This document shows positions 22,784 to 36,573 of a stretch of DNA of 49,415 nt, one piece after another. Both the position numbers and the translations under genes were made by a program. Numbering within the stretch: position 1 is the first letter of the stretch; each line of letters opens with the position of its first letter. Source of the stretch: Chromera velia (taxonomy: Eukaryota); the NCBI GenBank assembly GCA_018398765.1, contig JAHBMJ010000367.1, positions 1 through 49,415 on the forward strand, written 5' to 3'. The notes below the pieces were generated by a model. That model worked only from the letters and a program-made list of their open reading frames with translations, was not told where the DNA came from and made no database searches.

Positions 22784-25036
22784 TTAAAGGATCGAGAGAG
22801 AGAGACAGAGAGAGAACGCAGGGAAGGAAAGCCAGCTGAGCAGATCAGATCAGAAAGGAATGACTGAGTGAATGAAGAAGTGAATGATTCGGCCCGCCTG
22901 AGGCAGCCGAAACGGAGACGAAGGGAAACAGGAAGGGAGCAGAGTGCAGCTGCAGTGGTGTGTTCCCCGTCAGGAAGCAGACAGACAGACAGAGGTTCTC
23001 TCTGGCAGCTACAGACGCAGAGAAGAAAGAATGTTTGTCGAAGAAATCGCACTTGCAGTCCGAAAATGACAAGGTTTCGCAACTATAGATGGCAGTGAGA
23101 TGAAAAGGAAGAACCAGCAAAGTCAGTCAGAGACGGATAATCCAAAGATCAGGAAGACCAGCAGAGGACGCGAAGAGAGAAGCGATGTCAGAACTGTCCC
23201 TGTGGTTATGGCGCGACTTGCGATTCTGTTTCGATCCTGAGGCATAAACTAAGTGCATGTCGAGATGAAGCGGAACGAAAGGACGCCCTTCCATGGGCAC
23301 CTTTCTCCGAGCAGTTTGAAGGCGTAAACAGTGACAGAAAAAAGGAAACAAAAGAACAGGGAAGAAGTTCATTGATGTGAAGGACAGCAGCCAGCGGGAG
23401 CGGCTTTTTTGCATTTCTTCCTTCTTTAACCATCACGTGTCCGTCCGTGATCAAGTCATGTCGAGTTGTTTGTCTGGATGGAGGATTTTTGTATCTTCTC
23501 TAAATTGCATGCATCCCAGGCGAGGGGGGGGGAGAATGAAAAGTTCGTGAAGTGCAGTGTTGCTGTCGTCCCTGCGCCTGTTGACTTGTGAGCTCTGTGT
23601 GAATCGATGCGAGCAGCTGTGTGGATGTGTTGCAGTGGGACAAGGGGAAAGAGTTTTGTTGTCTCCCCGATCCAGCATTCAGAATTTTTGTGTGTTTTTC
23701 TTCCGGTTCAATGGGACATGCCCAAAAGATGGATAAAAAAAAATCCCACTGCCGTTCATGATCTAATGGGAAACTAATCTTGCGTAACGATTTTAACCAG
23801 GCTCTCTTTAAAGTTTTCAAAGCAAAAGCTTACTCAGAGGCTACTAGAGAGGCTAGTAGTTCAGAGAACTATTTTAACAAATGAATTCTCCCCCGTCGAT
23901 GATCTCGATATCATAAACTTTAAATATTAACATTGATTTATTTGGTTTACAATTTATGGACCAAATTACGGTACACTTTTGACTTAAGTTTTGAGTTTTA
24001 ATTTATGCACAGATCGTGATGATCATTATCAGACGATAATGCTTCTATTTTAATATTCTATTGTTTATATCATATTTTAGCATAGAATTCGGGCCTAGAT
24101 TTCAGCTACTTAATTCTTTAGCTATAGTACTGAAACTATGCCGATGCGACAGCGCCGTGACGGCGGGTTGCTGCCTTTTCCACTTCCATGGTTTTTATAA
24201 TTCTGTGTAGTTCTCAGAATCTTAGACTCGGCCCCCGGGCCTACGCGGACCTTTCTGCCAAGACCCCGGTTTTCACAGAAACTCCGCTTGAGAGTCGATC
24301 GAGCTAGCGATCGAGACTGATAATTCGAGAGGCGAGACTGATAATTCAAGCCACAGTTAAAGTGACAGTTTTTATCTACGTTCTTATCAACCTGCACGTA
24401 TGGCATCATTGATTATCATTGACATTAAAAGAAGACCGCTCGCTGCAAAGCCCCCCACAAGCCTCCCCATGTTGTACGGTAGTACAGAAGCCGCAGCTCA
24501 CAAGAGTGTGTAGACGCGGCACTCAATGGATTTGCATGTATCATTCTGAAACAGTCATGCACATGTACGCAGTAGTCCTTAAGCCTTCAAAGTCTTTAGA
24601 GAGCGGACACGCTGCCACACGCAAGCACAAACAAATTCCCATAACAGGCGGCCAATCCAAGAGTTGGCAGAATGATCCAGCGCCCACAGGTTCCAATTAA
24701 GTTGGGCATTTAGGACATCCGCTTCAGTCCACATACCATTGAGTGAAGTATGAGTCACATGCACTGTGCGTCGTGTGTGCGACTGCGTGCATGGTATTCT
24801 AAAAGATGTGCATTGAGACTCGACACATGAAATGCTTAGAGGTGCCACATGCAATTGCAGCGAGGTCAGGATCTTCAGTCAGAGAAAGGAAAAATCAAAA
24901 ACCCAAAGCTACAAAGCCATACTGAGTGGTTTGTGCAGGAAGGAGTCAGAAGGAACCTGCATGCATTGAGCCTACGAAACCATCCACGGTCATGAACTCA
25001 CCTGTTTGTCTGAAGACCATCGCACATTAATTTCGC

Positions 25037-25738
25037 TCATCGACGTTTCCGCAGCCGCTCAGCGGTGTCTTCCAGGCATGCCTCCTTGAAGAACTTCTTC
25101 CCCAGAGTCTCGTGGACTGCCGTGAGAAGGTCGTCCTCAAGATCCGCCAACGTGTAGGCAGAACCCGAGCCCGACTCTGCCCCTCCGAGAGTCAGTAAGG
25201 TGCTCAACTCTTCGTTCGTCAGTCCTGCATCAAGGCAGAGCTGTGTAGGGTCACCTTTGCGAAAAGTGGAGTCGTACCCTGACTCGTAACGGAAAAAATC
25301 TCCCGCACTCCAGTCGCAATACATTTCCCCACAGTAGTACGACCCTCTCGCATCCTGCGCTTCATACTGCACGGGGATCTGGGCCTCTCCAAACTGGACG
25401 GTTGCACTTCCTGTTCTTTCGTGGTACTTCCTCTTTTTACTGTTGGAGGTCTTGAGCTTCTCCGGGAGAATTGTCATGAGAAGCTTCAGACGCTGGAGGT
25501 TGTTGAGCTTTGAACGGTCAGAAAGGGACTGGCTGAATTTGGTCTTTTTCTGACCGTCTTTTACGTTGGTCTCTTTTTGTGCAAGCAGTTGGTCAATTTC
25601 TTTAACCTTCGTTCTCATCCTCTTCAGCTGCGCCTGGTTCAGGCTTCCCCCCCCGGCCGTCAGGTCCTCAGCCGTGTGGTTAGACAGCAGGGACACAAAA
25701 GTCTCAAAAGGAGAGGACGCAGAGGCGGAGGCTGCCAT
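25037..25738 (-). CDS. Hypothetical protein, 233 aa, intronless
   Basis: Long ORF of normal complexity with GC3-rich codons like the neighbouring genes. The start context is AAAGATGG. I recognise no domain. Confidence 0.7.
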   Translation of the reverse strand: MAASASASSPFETFVSLLSNHTAEDLTAGGGSLNQAQLKRMRTKVKEIDQLLAQKETNVKDGQKKTKFSQSLSDRSKLNNLQRLKLLMTILPEKLKTSNSKKRKYHERTGSATVQFGEAQIPVQYEAQDARGSYYCGEMYCDWSAGDFFRYESGYDSTFRKGDPTQLCLDAGLTNEELSTLLTLGGAESGSGSAYTLADLEDDLLTAVHETLGKKFFKEACLEDTAERLRKRR

Positions 25739-26539
25739 CTTTGCCCAGGCAGTAGAGAGATCTTGAAGACTCAGCTAAGTGCAAATGAAATTCATGCGCA
25801 CTTGATCCGTGCAGGCTGAAATGTATCAATGTAATTATACACGCAGCAGAGCCGAGAGAGGGTCTCCATGTCACCTGCCCCTGTACCACTAGTCATCATT
25901 AGTCATCCGTGCAGAGACAGGATGGGACCGTGCAGGGACAGGATGGGACAGGTAGACGCTGTGTAGATAGACAGATGGTGAATGGCGGATAATCGCGGAG
26001 ACGGGATGAGTCTGACGGGCCTTATACAGAGACGGAGACGGCATATGAGACGGCTCCTCTTGATTCCTCTTGCGGCGGCGTGGCGCGCCGCCATCGCGGG
26101 CCCGCGAGCTGAATTCGAATTATGCATGTTAACTGTTGCACTGTGGCTTGAATCGATCGCAACCCATCCGGAATCCTGCATGCAACATTGAACGCGATGG
26201 CTCGTACTTCGTTACATCGATCGATATACATATATATATACGTGTTCACCTATAGTTGACTTCATGCTTGCTATCAGATGACGTGTGTGTGATCGACGTC
26301 ATACCAGGACTGTCTGACATCTATCTGTAAGCTGAATTCGTTAACCGCTTTCTGCGTTGCTCATGTAAGTGAGTCATTATCTTTGATCCGTGTTGGAATT
26401 GCTCACTTTGATTGCGTATTGCAACACCTGAAGCAGTGAAGGCGCCCGCACTTTCACGAAGACCCAGACGGAACTTCAAACCGCCTTGTTTCGGAGCTTT
26501 GAGACACGTCGAAGTTTGCCCCCAATTCCCACAGAAACA

Positions 26540-27927
26540 ATGCTGCACTGCATGCTTTTGCTTCTTTCACTTTTACCTCTTTCGGGAGATACGGCCGAGC
26601 TACCGAACTTTGCTGCCGGTCAGCTTGAAACAACAGTTGAAACAACAGAAGCGCCCTATGGAACCCGAACACAGCTTGTCCGTCCGTCCACATGGGCTTT
26701 TGCTCCTTCAAGACTTTCTCTCCGAATAGACATCGCAAACAGGAACTACAAGGACGAGACAGTCAGATTCGTTGAGGGTCTCAACCCTTGGAATAATTTT
26801 AGAGGTCCGAATTTTGTTACAAACCCAGAACTCTACAAAAGCGCCGACAGAATCCAAAACCCAAAATACGACTCTGAGAATGCCTTGAAGGTCGCAAAGG
26901 TCATTTTGGATGACTTCAACGTTGAAATCGAAAAAATCCTGTACCCCGAGAGGAAGGTCGAAAAATCGCCCACCATCGTTCCAACATTCGTGCCGAACCA
27001 GCAGGGCCCTTTCCCTCGCACAGACGAAATCAAAAACGCCATACCGACAACAAATGTGGGTGATGTCGGGAGAGGGATCGGCATTCCACTCAGAGAAAAG
27101 TACCTCAACTCACCGGTGGGAGTATCCCAACGATGGGTAGGGAGCACCGTCAATTGGGTGGAGGTAAGTCCGGCATGCATTCGTGTCCCTGAATCTGTCC
27201 ATAAAACCTTTTTTAGTGTTTCTAAAAAGCAAAGATAATCCACACGAAAGAGCTTCGACTCGAGAACTTTCTCATTCATTTGTTTTTGATCTCTGAGTCT
27301 CTTGCCACCACTATGGAAGGACAGAAGACCACAACCTGTCATGCCCTCATGGTTTTCGGCAGCTTTTATGAACGGCAAGCGAGCGCACAAGCTTCCGTTT
27401 TTGTGTTCCTTCATCTTCAGAAGCGTATGCAAGTGTCAGTCGAAGAAAGGCACCTGCAAGTCTGATTACCGACAATTACAGATACAGACTCCCAGACAAT
27501 CCATTTGAATGCAAGCACCGTGGTGCAGCAACTGGCGACGGCCCCCATCACCCCTGAGCTCGTGGACTTCATCGAGATGGAGCCGATCATCCGGACAATA
27601 GAGAGGGCCGACGACGCCTTTCTGGTCCCCTACACTTATTTTGATTCCGAGGACCCGATCGTGAAGCTCGGACGGAATCTGACGGAGTACATTCTATGGC
27701 AGAGACTCGACTACGTTGACGCGAACACCTACCTGGGTAGCGTCAGACAGGTGCGAGCCTAGGTTTTTCGTAAAGATATAATGCCTGAGCGAGAAACATA
27801 GGAGGTGTGAGTGGATAATTGAATAAACTACTACGTCAACACCTAAATCGACGAAGAAGTATACGAGCACACGAATGAATCAACGAATGAATGAAAGCGT
27901 TACCCGGCACCTCTGTGCGCAGCGTGA

Positions 27928-27958
<31 letters not shown>

Positions 27959-30900
27959 GCTGTCAGCAAAAAGGCACGTTTCCGCTTCTCCTTCGCAGGC
28001 TCGGCAAGACAGGCTTTTGTTTGGAGCAGTGATCAGAATTCGGCAGCATTTGTCTGTGTGCTCTCTCCCATTCTTTATCGCTCTCGTTTCCTCATTCCAT
28101 CCCTTGATTGACTCACCTGCATGCTTCTGCAGACTCAGCAGGACAAACTGGCTGCTGCTGCTAAGTGTGCTCTTTTCGCCAACGCTCTGCCCAACTGCCC
28201 TTCCTCCCCCACGACCACCACAACCACCACGACGGACCGCTTCCCGATCATCTTGCCACCAACGAATACCTCGGGATTCCTTGGTCGGTCGGTCGGTCTG
28301 TGAGTCTGCTGGCAGGTTGCTAGGTTGCTACCTAGGAGGCGATCAACAAAGAAATAAGACCGGAAGAGGCGGAGAGGAAGGAAACGCACCTTTTTGTTTT
28401 TCAATCGATTAAATGGACAGGCTTGTGTTCTTTTCTGCATCGACTCAGGTTCAGTATCAGTCGATTGCTCTTGTCTGTCTGCCTGCCTGCCTGCTTGCAT
28501 CCCTTGCAGATTGTGTGGTTGGGAATCAATTTGATGCTGACTGTGGTCCTGGTGGCTGTCTTGCTGGGCAGAATCTGGAGGCCGATCAGTTCAATGGGTC
28601 CGTTCGTGCGTTCGTTCTTTCGATCATGCATGCGTTCGTTCGTTCTTTCGACTGTTCGTTCGTTCGTTTGACTGTTCGTTCGTTCGTTCGTTCATTCGTT
28701 CTTTCGACCATGCTTTCGTTCGTTCGTTTGTTCGTTCGTTCTTTCGACCGTTCCTGAATTTCTTTTCTGTTGTCTGCCCTCTTTGCTTACTTCTCCGTTT
28801 CCTTGATGTTTCTGTATCTATCAATCTCCTTTGGCAGGCATGTGATTCAAATATATTTGCACACAGGTGTCTGTGAGCATTTGAATAGAAACACGGCGCT
28901 GTCGTCTTGTGGGATAAAAATGAAAAAGGGGACCAAGGAAGGACAAGGGAGAAAGACAAAGGCGTGGAGAAGGCACGAGAGACCCTTTTCCAATGTTGGT
29001 CTTCGGTTGAGTTACCAAAACAATTAAACAGTGCTGCCACTTCATCTGTTTCTTCTTGTGCGTGCATATGCCCCTTCAGACCCTCACCCCGCGTCTTTCT
29101 CTCACTATCAACCCAGTGGGGTGTCTGCTTCACTTATTTTACTGCGTCGTGTATCCGACTTTGTGTGCAGGTACTACCAACTAGTGGGTGCCAAAATTGA
29201 CTCCAACACCCCTTGGCCTGTATATGCAAAGAACACAGAATTCAACTCCTTTCAGGCCAGTTAGTCAGTCGGACAGTGTCCAGAAGGAAACGGCAGTTTG
29301 CCTTCCCTGTGATGCTCCCTCCCCCTTCTGGTTTGTGCTTTTCCACCTTTGCTTTCTTTTCCGGTTTCCTAGATTCCCTGCCCCCTTTCTTTCTTTCTTT
29401 CTTTCTTTCTAAAGCCCTGCTGCTGCTCCTTCCATCAATGTTGATTTGTTTCCCCAAGGAAGGAGCGAGAAAGAAAGTGCCATGGAAAGAAGAGTCGATC
29501 CTCCAAAGTATGGGAGGTTTGAACGAGGGCTTCTACCTTTTCTGAATCAATCAGCAGATCGTACCTGTGAATTCGTCAAGAAAGGCTCTTTCTTGTTCAG
29601 ATGCACTCTGGGAAGTCGTCAGGAAAGGCTCTTGCTCCCTTCATCTTTTTTTTGGCTCAGCTTGGGTGCTTGACTGTCTCTCTGTCTAGTGCAGTCAAGT
29701 CAGATTCTCTTTCTGACTCGGACGCTGAGCATCGGAACTATTGGGGGCGGCATTCGAATTGATGGCGCCTGGGCAAGCAACACGCCGACCACACCAGACT
29801 ACTTTGTGAGTCAACGTTGGAAATCATTTTCCTCATTTCTTCTTGCGCTTTCGACTCGGTGTGATTTTCTTCCGGCTATTTTGCATCCATTTGGAAGGAA
29901 ACTTTGTACCGTCTCCACAGCTGCATTGAAAAGAGACGGAGCTTGTCTTGCGACCTTCCCCACAGCGTCACAAATCAGTTCTTCGCTTATGCCACCTGCC
30001 TCTCCCCACCAGCCCAGATGTCTCTCGTTGCGTTGTGAATTGCTGCCCCCTCTTTCTTCTGTCTGAGTGTCTCCATATGCTCGCACTTCTCTGTCTGCGA
30101 AGTTGAAAGTTGCTTTCTTACTTGCGTGTCCCTTTCTATACTCCAACTTTGATCGAAAACTTCCTTTAGTTGAAAATCCATTTTCGTTCCCTGGCTTTTC
30201 ATGCCCTTTCTACCCCCGTTCTTCTTCTTTCGAATTCTTCGCTTCTCTATCCGCTGTGTGTCTGTCTCCTCTTTATCTCCTTGACAAAGGATGAAAGTGA
30301 AAGTCGGAGCAGAAGACAGCGATGCGGCGAGAGACGGGTACCCACCCGAAGTGCGAATCTGAATCTTCACCTTTGTTGATTGATGATTGAGTGAGAGTGA
30401 CTCCATATTTGCGTCCCTCCCTCTCTCTCTCTCTTTCTCTTCCTTTCTCTCTCTGCGTGTGTGCGTGCGTGTACGTGCGTGTACGTGCGTGTATGTGCGT
30501 GTGTATGTGCGTGTGTGTATGTGCAGTCTGTTGTGCGTGGAAGTTTTCCTCCCTTTGGCTCCACTCTTGGTGCCTCCCCCCCTGGGAATTGTTCGAATGA
30601 TGACCCTCGGAGCTTTCCCCTTTGCACTGTGGGAGGAAAGTAAGTGATCGGATTCTTCCTTCTGCAGCCATTCTCTAGCATTTCACTGCCGTCTGTGAAT
30701 CAAACAAATGTTGTCTGTGGAAGCAGTCAGCCTAGTTCTCGGGGACCTCACACAATGTGACCTCTAACTTCTTTCTGTCTCTTGCTGGCCCGGTCTTTGT
30801 AGGTGCTGGGTGGTAATGCATTGCTTCACCAGAATAGTGAGTAACTCATCGTCATCTACTTCTTTCTTTCTTTCTTTCTTTCTTTTTTTTTCTTGCGTTG

Positions 30901-32126
30901 CGTGTGTCTTCACGTGAATTGCCTTCCTTTACGCATGCAGTTGGGTGATCGGTAGGGTCTCTGACACCTGCGCTTTTCCGGGGATTCTCATTGAGAACCT
31001 CTGTCTCTTTCAGCAGGTCGGTCGCGGCCCTGGGACGAATTTGCACCTACTTACTTACACGCACATGCCGATCGATCAGACACACACCTGCATGTACTCT
31101 GACATGCCCACACGCATATCTCTCCACTCTGTCTGGCTGGCTGCATTCACTCTTCCTTCTCGATCGAACGCTCTCACTTGAATGGCCTGACCGACCCTCC
31201 CCTGGATTCCTCATTATTTTACCTTCTGCCATTCTCTCTCTCTCTTTTTGTTTTCTCAAACGAGAAACACAGAACTTCAACAACGTGTATATTTCTTTCA
31301 GCACGAACACACGAGAAGGCACTCGCTGAAACGTGAAAACTGTAGGTGAGAGAGAGCACTGAAAAAAGCAAGCATTCATTCTTCATTCAAGCCTCAAGCC
31401 GGCAAAAGAAGAGAGAGACACGATCCGCCCGAGAACAACCAACAGTCCGACTGACTCCCTTTACCGCTTGCAGACACAGGTGACATTTGAGGCCACGGCA
31501 TGTCCTCCAGGGTGAGTGAGTCTGAACAATTGGATGAAAATATCGTATAAGTGTCACCGCGAGACCTGGCGTTATTTGAAGGAATGAGTTCACTCACACT
31601 CCAAAGGGAAGAGGTCGCAAGAAGTGCAAGACTGATGAAACGAGAATAGCGTTGCAAGCAACGCACAATTGCGCACCCAGAAGATGGTTGGTTTCTGTAG
31701 AAATTCCAGGTGATTTGGAGCGGTGATGGAGTGTCTTGGAATAAGGAGTCTGCGTTTACTTTCAAAAAAAAAAAAAAAACCGATGATTTGGAGCGGTGAT
31801 GGAATGTCTTGGAATACCAAGGTCAAAGTGGAATGAAGAAGAGGCAGAGGAGCAGTCCGGCTTGCTGTTGTTGTCTTTGCGTGAATGGAGCTTGTTTGGA
31901 GGATCTTCCACTTTTCGTTTTTCGGCCGTGATACGTCTGATGTGAAGTTGTATGCTTTTATTCCTCATCTTTCCTTCTTCTTCCATGACTGCACTCTCTG
32001 TGTGATGTGGCTCACCTGTCTTCCTGAGTACGCAGATTCGAGGTGATTATTCCTGACAGCACCCGGGAGGCCCTTGTTATTGAATTTGAGAGTTCCTTTG
32101 GGGATCCTCTGTTCCCCCTCCCTTGA
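26540..32126 (+). CDS. Hypothetical secreted/surface protein, multi-exon (26540-27163, 27496-27750, 28133-28283, 28510-28597, 29171-~29255, ~29690-29805, 30803-30836, unresolved small exon(s) ~31014-31345, 31474-31511, 32036-32126)
   Basis: N-terminus MLHCMLLLLSLLPLSGDTA is signal-peptide-like. Exons 1-5 and the last two splice in phase with GT-AG ends. It has a PTTTTTTTT linker and a Cys-containing C-terminal region. Junctions near 29255 and 30.8-31.5 kb are uncertain. Confidence 0.72.
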
Positions 32127-35090
32127 GCAAAATAGAGAGGGGGGAGGAGGAAAAGAGGTGAGGGGGGTGAGAGAAAAGTGTGAGGCTACTTCAGATCGGT
32201 TTGGTTGGAGTCTGACGTCTTGCTGAGCAGGTTGGCAGCCCTTTTTCGTTTCAAAAGGGGATGCGCCTCGAGGAGAAATGACAAGTCAGAATTTTGTCTG
32301 TTTGAAGTGGTGACTCGACAGCTTTAATTGCCGTGCTGAATGCCGTCTTTACTTGTTTGTTTACAGTCAGCTTGTTGCTGTAGGCAGACGTCAGGCCTCG
32401 TCAGTGGTCCATCGCTTTGAACTTTCGGTTATCTCTTTTTCCCACTTCAGACCGGGCTTTCTCGGGCATTCTTCACTGAATCAGAAAGGATTGAAAATTC
32501 CGTGATCCACTTGGAAGGAAACAACGGAGGCGAAATTCGATTACGTTCCGGCTGCGTCGGAAGGATCCCTGAGACATTTTTCCGTTCTCTCTAGGAGATG
32601 TTTTTCCTCTCTTTCCCAGAGACTTTGCTCTTCTCTGTCGCATGGTATACAGAAGCTATTGTGCTTGGCGCTCTTTTCGCTGCGTGCAGGGAGAAAGAGA
32701 ATACACAGGGTAGTGGGGAAAAATCATTCGAGAACTGAGACGGAAATTCTTGGGTGGCCTGCCTGAAAGGTGAGTCAGTACACATCAGAAGTCTCTGGTG
32801 TCTACATTGTTTTATGTTTCTAAGAATTCTGTTCTTATAATGAATGGACACCAGGTCGCGCAGGATCGAGTTCTCCACCGATCGGCCTGTGAGTGCAGAT
32901 ACCTGCTCTTTGACGGGGTTGTCCGTTTCCGAGCTTTCCGATTATTCTTTCCTTTTCTTCGCTGTATACTGGTTCTTCAAGAGAATAACAACGAAGTTCA
33001 GTTACCACACTGGCCACCAAATTTCATCTGCAGGCGACGTGCGATTGCAGCGAAGGACCAACAGAATTTTGAGGGCTGAAGTTGCAGTGAGCCACTCTGA
33101 AGGTGGTGACAAAAGGCACCAGACTGAGGCACACAAGAAAAGATTTTGATGGTATTTTGACGAGGATCATTCAAAAATGACCCCCTCTGGATGAGAGGCC
33201 TTTTCTTCTGAGATTTTCTGGGTCTTCAAGATTGGGAAGTACCAAGGGGGGCCTCAGAAGGCGTTCAAAGTTCACTCGCAAAAGTAGACCCATATTATTT
33301 TAAAGGAATATTTAAAGTCGGTTAAAGCAACTGATAGACCCTAATCTCTACAGACCAGCGAAGGTCTATGTGGAGATACAGGTTATCTTGGAGTTCACAG
33401 ATTGTAATTTTGTTCATGCATGGTCCCTTGTCCAAGTCCACTTCTCAGCTAAGATCAAACCGTTACTTCTGATCGATCTCCGATTTAATTGCATGCATTC
33501 TTGCCTGCATGCATTTCAGTTGCTAGAGCCGGTTGGGGCCATCATGAAGTGCGCGCGCCCTGCCAGTTGGGGCCGTCAGGAACTGTCTTTCTTGCTCATG
33601 CCATTATATGCTTGACGCAGCGACTCAGGCTTTAAGTTGGTTCACAACAGCAATAAAGTTGAAATCATATGGAAAAATGATGCAATCGTAAGTTGTAAAT
33701 GTGTTTTTATTTTGGAATTATACAATTTGGGCTCCTAGTTGAGCTTGTTACTCTAACTATACTGCCAAGACCGACAATTTGAGTAACAAACAATTTTAAG
33801 TAGTTTGAATAGCAAATCAAAAATAAGCAGACAAAAAACACTACATATTCTTTCATTGTTAGACAAATTTCTGTACATTATAACATATTTTTTATGTAGG
33901 CCTTTGTGTGAGCCTTTGCATGATCGATTATTTATGATTATTGTAATTGCATTAAATTAATTCTGCTATAGTTAATTCTAGAGTGAATTAGGTCTAAAGT
34001 TTTCTAGAGATTTAATTTTTTTTTAAAAAAGTTTAAAGTCTGATTCTATGTGGAATCAAGTGTACTAGCAAATGCAGCATGCACTTCAGTTCTAAAGTAA
34101 AACTTTAAAAACTAGTTTTAAAATTAAAAATTAAAATAAAATTCATTTTTTAAAATTCAATTTAAAAATCTTGTATTAATGATGTGTATGCAAATGTGTT
34201 TGAAAGTAAAAAAAAGTATTGAATAACATATTCTCCCCTCCTCCGCCCCCCCCCCCGAGGAATTTAAGTCATACGTCATAAATTAAGTGCTATAGATTAC
34301 TAAGATTAAGTGGGAAATACATTGGAGTGAGGAGATTGGAATTGGTTTAGTGGGTAGAACCAGGGTGGCATCCGTGCTCAAAAACCAAGTTTGACGGATT
34401 ATGTCAATAGAAAGTTGGTGCTTCCTATACGAGATGGAAGCTTGACAGCATGAATTCAATGGTGGGGGTGTATTGTGACGGCCTCGATTCATCAATCGAT
34501 CGACTGCTGTTCATTTAAGCCTTCAAGACTGCACTCGCCAAAGAAGCTGTCGGGGGCTGCATCTCCCTTCCTCGTCTCTTCTCCTCTTCCTGTCTTTGCT
34601 TTCCCCTTATCATCATTCTTCTCTTCTCTCCTGTTCTCTTCTCTTCGCCAGACGCATCGGCCATTCTGTTGCTGTTCCATTCTTTCCCCCCCTGCGCTTG
34701 CGCCCGACGGCGAGAGATCCTTGCGTGAGTCTCTTCTTTCTTTTTTCTCGACCTTCCCTACGTTGATTCCATTCACTCGTGTGGACATGCCCACAGAGCT
34801 CATCAGAAGAGCAAGACGACAAAAGAGAAAACAAACAAAAAACAGAAAAAGGAACAACGAATCCACCAGGGAGGAGTGACCACACGACTCCATTCTCAAG
34901 CACATGGAATTTGACCATACCCCCACCCACCACCCTCCATTTCCTCATCTCCCCGTGTGCGCTGTCTATGACATCTCTCTGTACCCAACAGAAAGAAGAG
35001 AAAGCCCCTCCCCTCCCTCCATGGCCCCCTTAAACCAACTTCCCCACTGCACCCCATTCAAAGAAGAAACGAAAAACTCCTTCGCCGCCA

Positions 35091-36531
35091 TCATGAGACG
35101 GGCAGATGCACGCCTGTTGCTGCTGTAACAAAAGACTTGGCCACCATCCAACCTGACTCCTGAAGCAAACTCCAGACACCGCCCTTGCTCTTAGTGACGG
35201 AGTCTGCTCTGAGAAGCCTTCTGCTTTCTCTGCCGTCTCTCCCTCTCCCTCTTCCCAGGTTCTCTTTTTTGACGGCGACAGAGGGAGAGAACGGGAGAGG
35301 GGCAGGAGGGCCGACTGAAAGGAAAGAAGCAGCACCGTCAGAGCTCAACAGACGGGCTGACACAGACTTCTCCTTCTCTGTATCTGCTTCTTGCTCGTTT
35401 TCTCCCTTCCTTTCCCTTTCCCGTTCCCTCTGCTGTGTGAGAGCACCGAGGTCACCCTGTCCGACGGTCTCTCCGAATCCTGCCAGAGGGGAGTAAAGTT
35501 CGTCCTGCACCCGGCCCCATAAGACACGGAAGGAAGAAAATTACAAAAATGCGCAGAGAGTAATGATGTTTCTCGGCTGTCAAATCTGTCTCAACGGAGC
35601 TCGTGAGAGAACAGAACAGAACTGAACAGAGAGGACGGCTTCAAAACGGTACAACGCTAAAAACGCCAAAAGAAAAGTTCGTCCTACATTCGAAGTTCCA
35701 TGGATCAGCAAACATGACAGCTGTGTGCAAAAACGAATAGAAAGAATACATGAGCGCACAAGTGACGGAGGGTGTGTGTTTTTTCTCTCTCTTCCTTTTG
35801 TTTTTAACATGCGTCCCCTCTCATCGCAGGCAAGGAAGCCAGGTTTCTTTCAGGGAAAGGAGGAGAAGGATAGCCAACCAGAGTCCCGAGCAAGAAAGCA
35901 TGGAAGCAGATATATCGCAGGCAATGCAGCATTGAGGCAAAAAGTGTTCGTAAAAGAAGAAGAATACGAAGTGTACAAGACAAAAAGAACACAATCGTAC
36001 AGCGAATCGGCAAAAGCTAGACCAACACTGACGCACGCCCACTTGTACGCAGGCTTTTTTTTCTTCACCCACTGACAGGTTCGGGTGACGGAGACGGCGA
36101 GGGTTCTGGTTTGGCTTCAGGTGGGGAAGAGGGGGAGACGGGGGCTGCGGGGGTTGAGGGCTCTTCCTCGACGGGGGCCGGGGGGGCTTCCGTAGGAGCT
36201 GGGAGGTTGGCCTGGTTCGCTTCCACATTCTGCAGGCAAGATTGAAGGGGCATTGAGCTACTCATGCGTGGAACGTGGTATAATGTTGTGATTCGTTTCA
36301 TCTGGTGTTCGTTTTGTCGGGAAAATCATCATGCAGGGGGTTAAAAAGGGATAACTAGAGTGGTATCAAACGGGTTGGCAGAAACAGAAAAAAATCATGC
36401 GCGATTGACGTCGCACACGGAGGCTTCAGAAGGAAAAGAAACACACTTACACAATCGCACTCAAAGACACTCAAACACACACACACATGCACGCACACAC
36501 ACACACACACACTCGCGCGCGCACACACGCC

Positions 36532-36573
<42 letters not shown>

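Noticed and set aside
32590..33150. Short ORFs and exon-like segment with a GTGAGT donor at ~32770
   Set aside because: The exon-like segment has stops in all three frames and there is no recognisable domain. It is at most a pseudogene fragment.
33660..34230. AT-rich intergenic tracts (also ~1800-2220, ~8230-8460, ~23830-24130)
   Set aside because: They are probably old transposon debris, but I could not define termini or TSDs.
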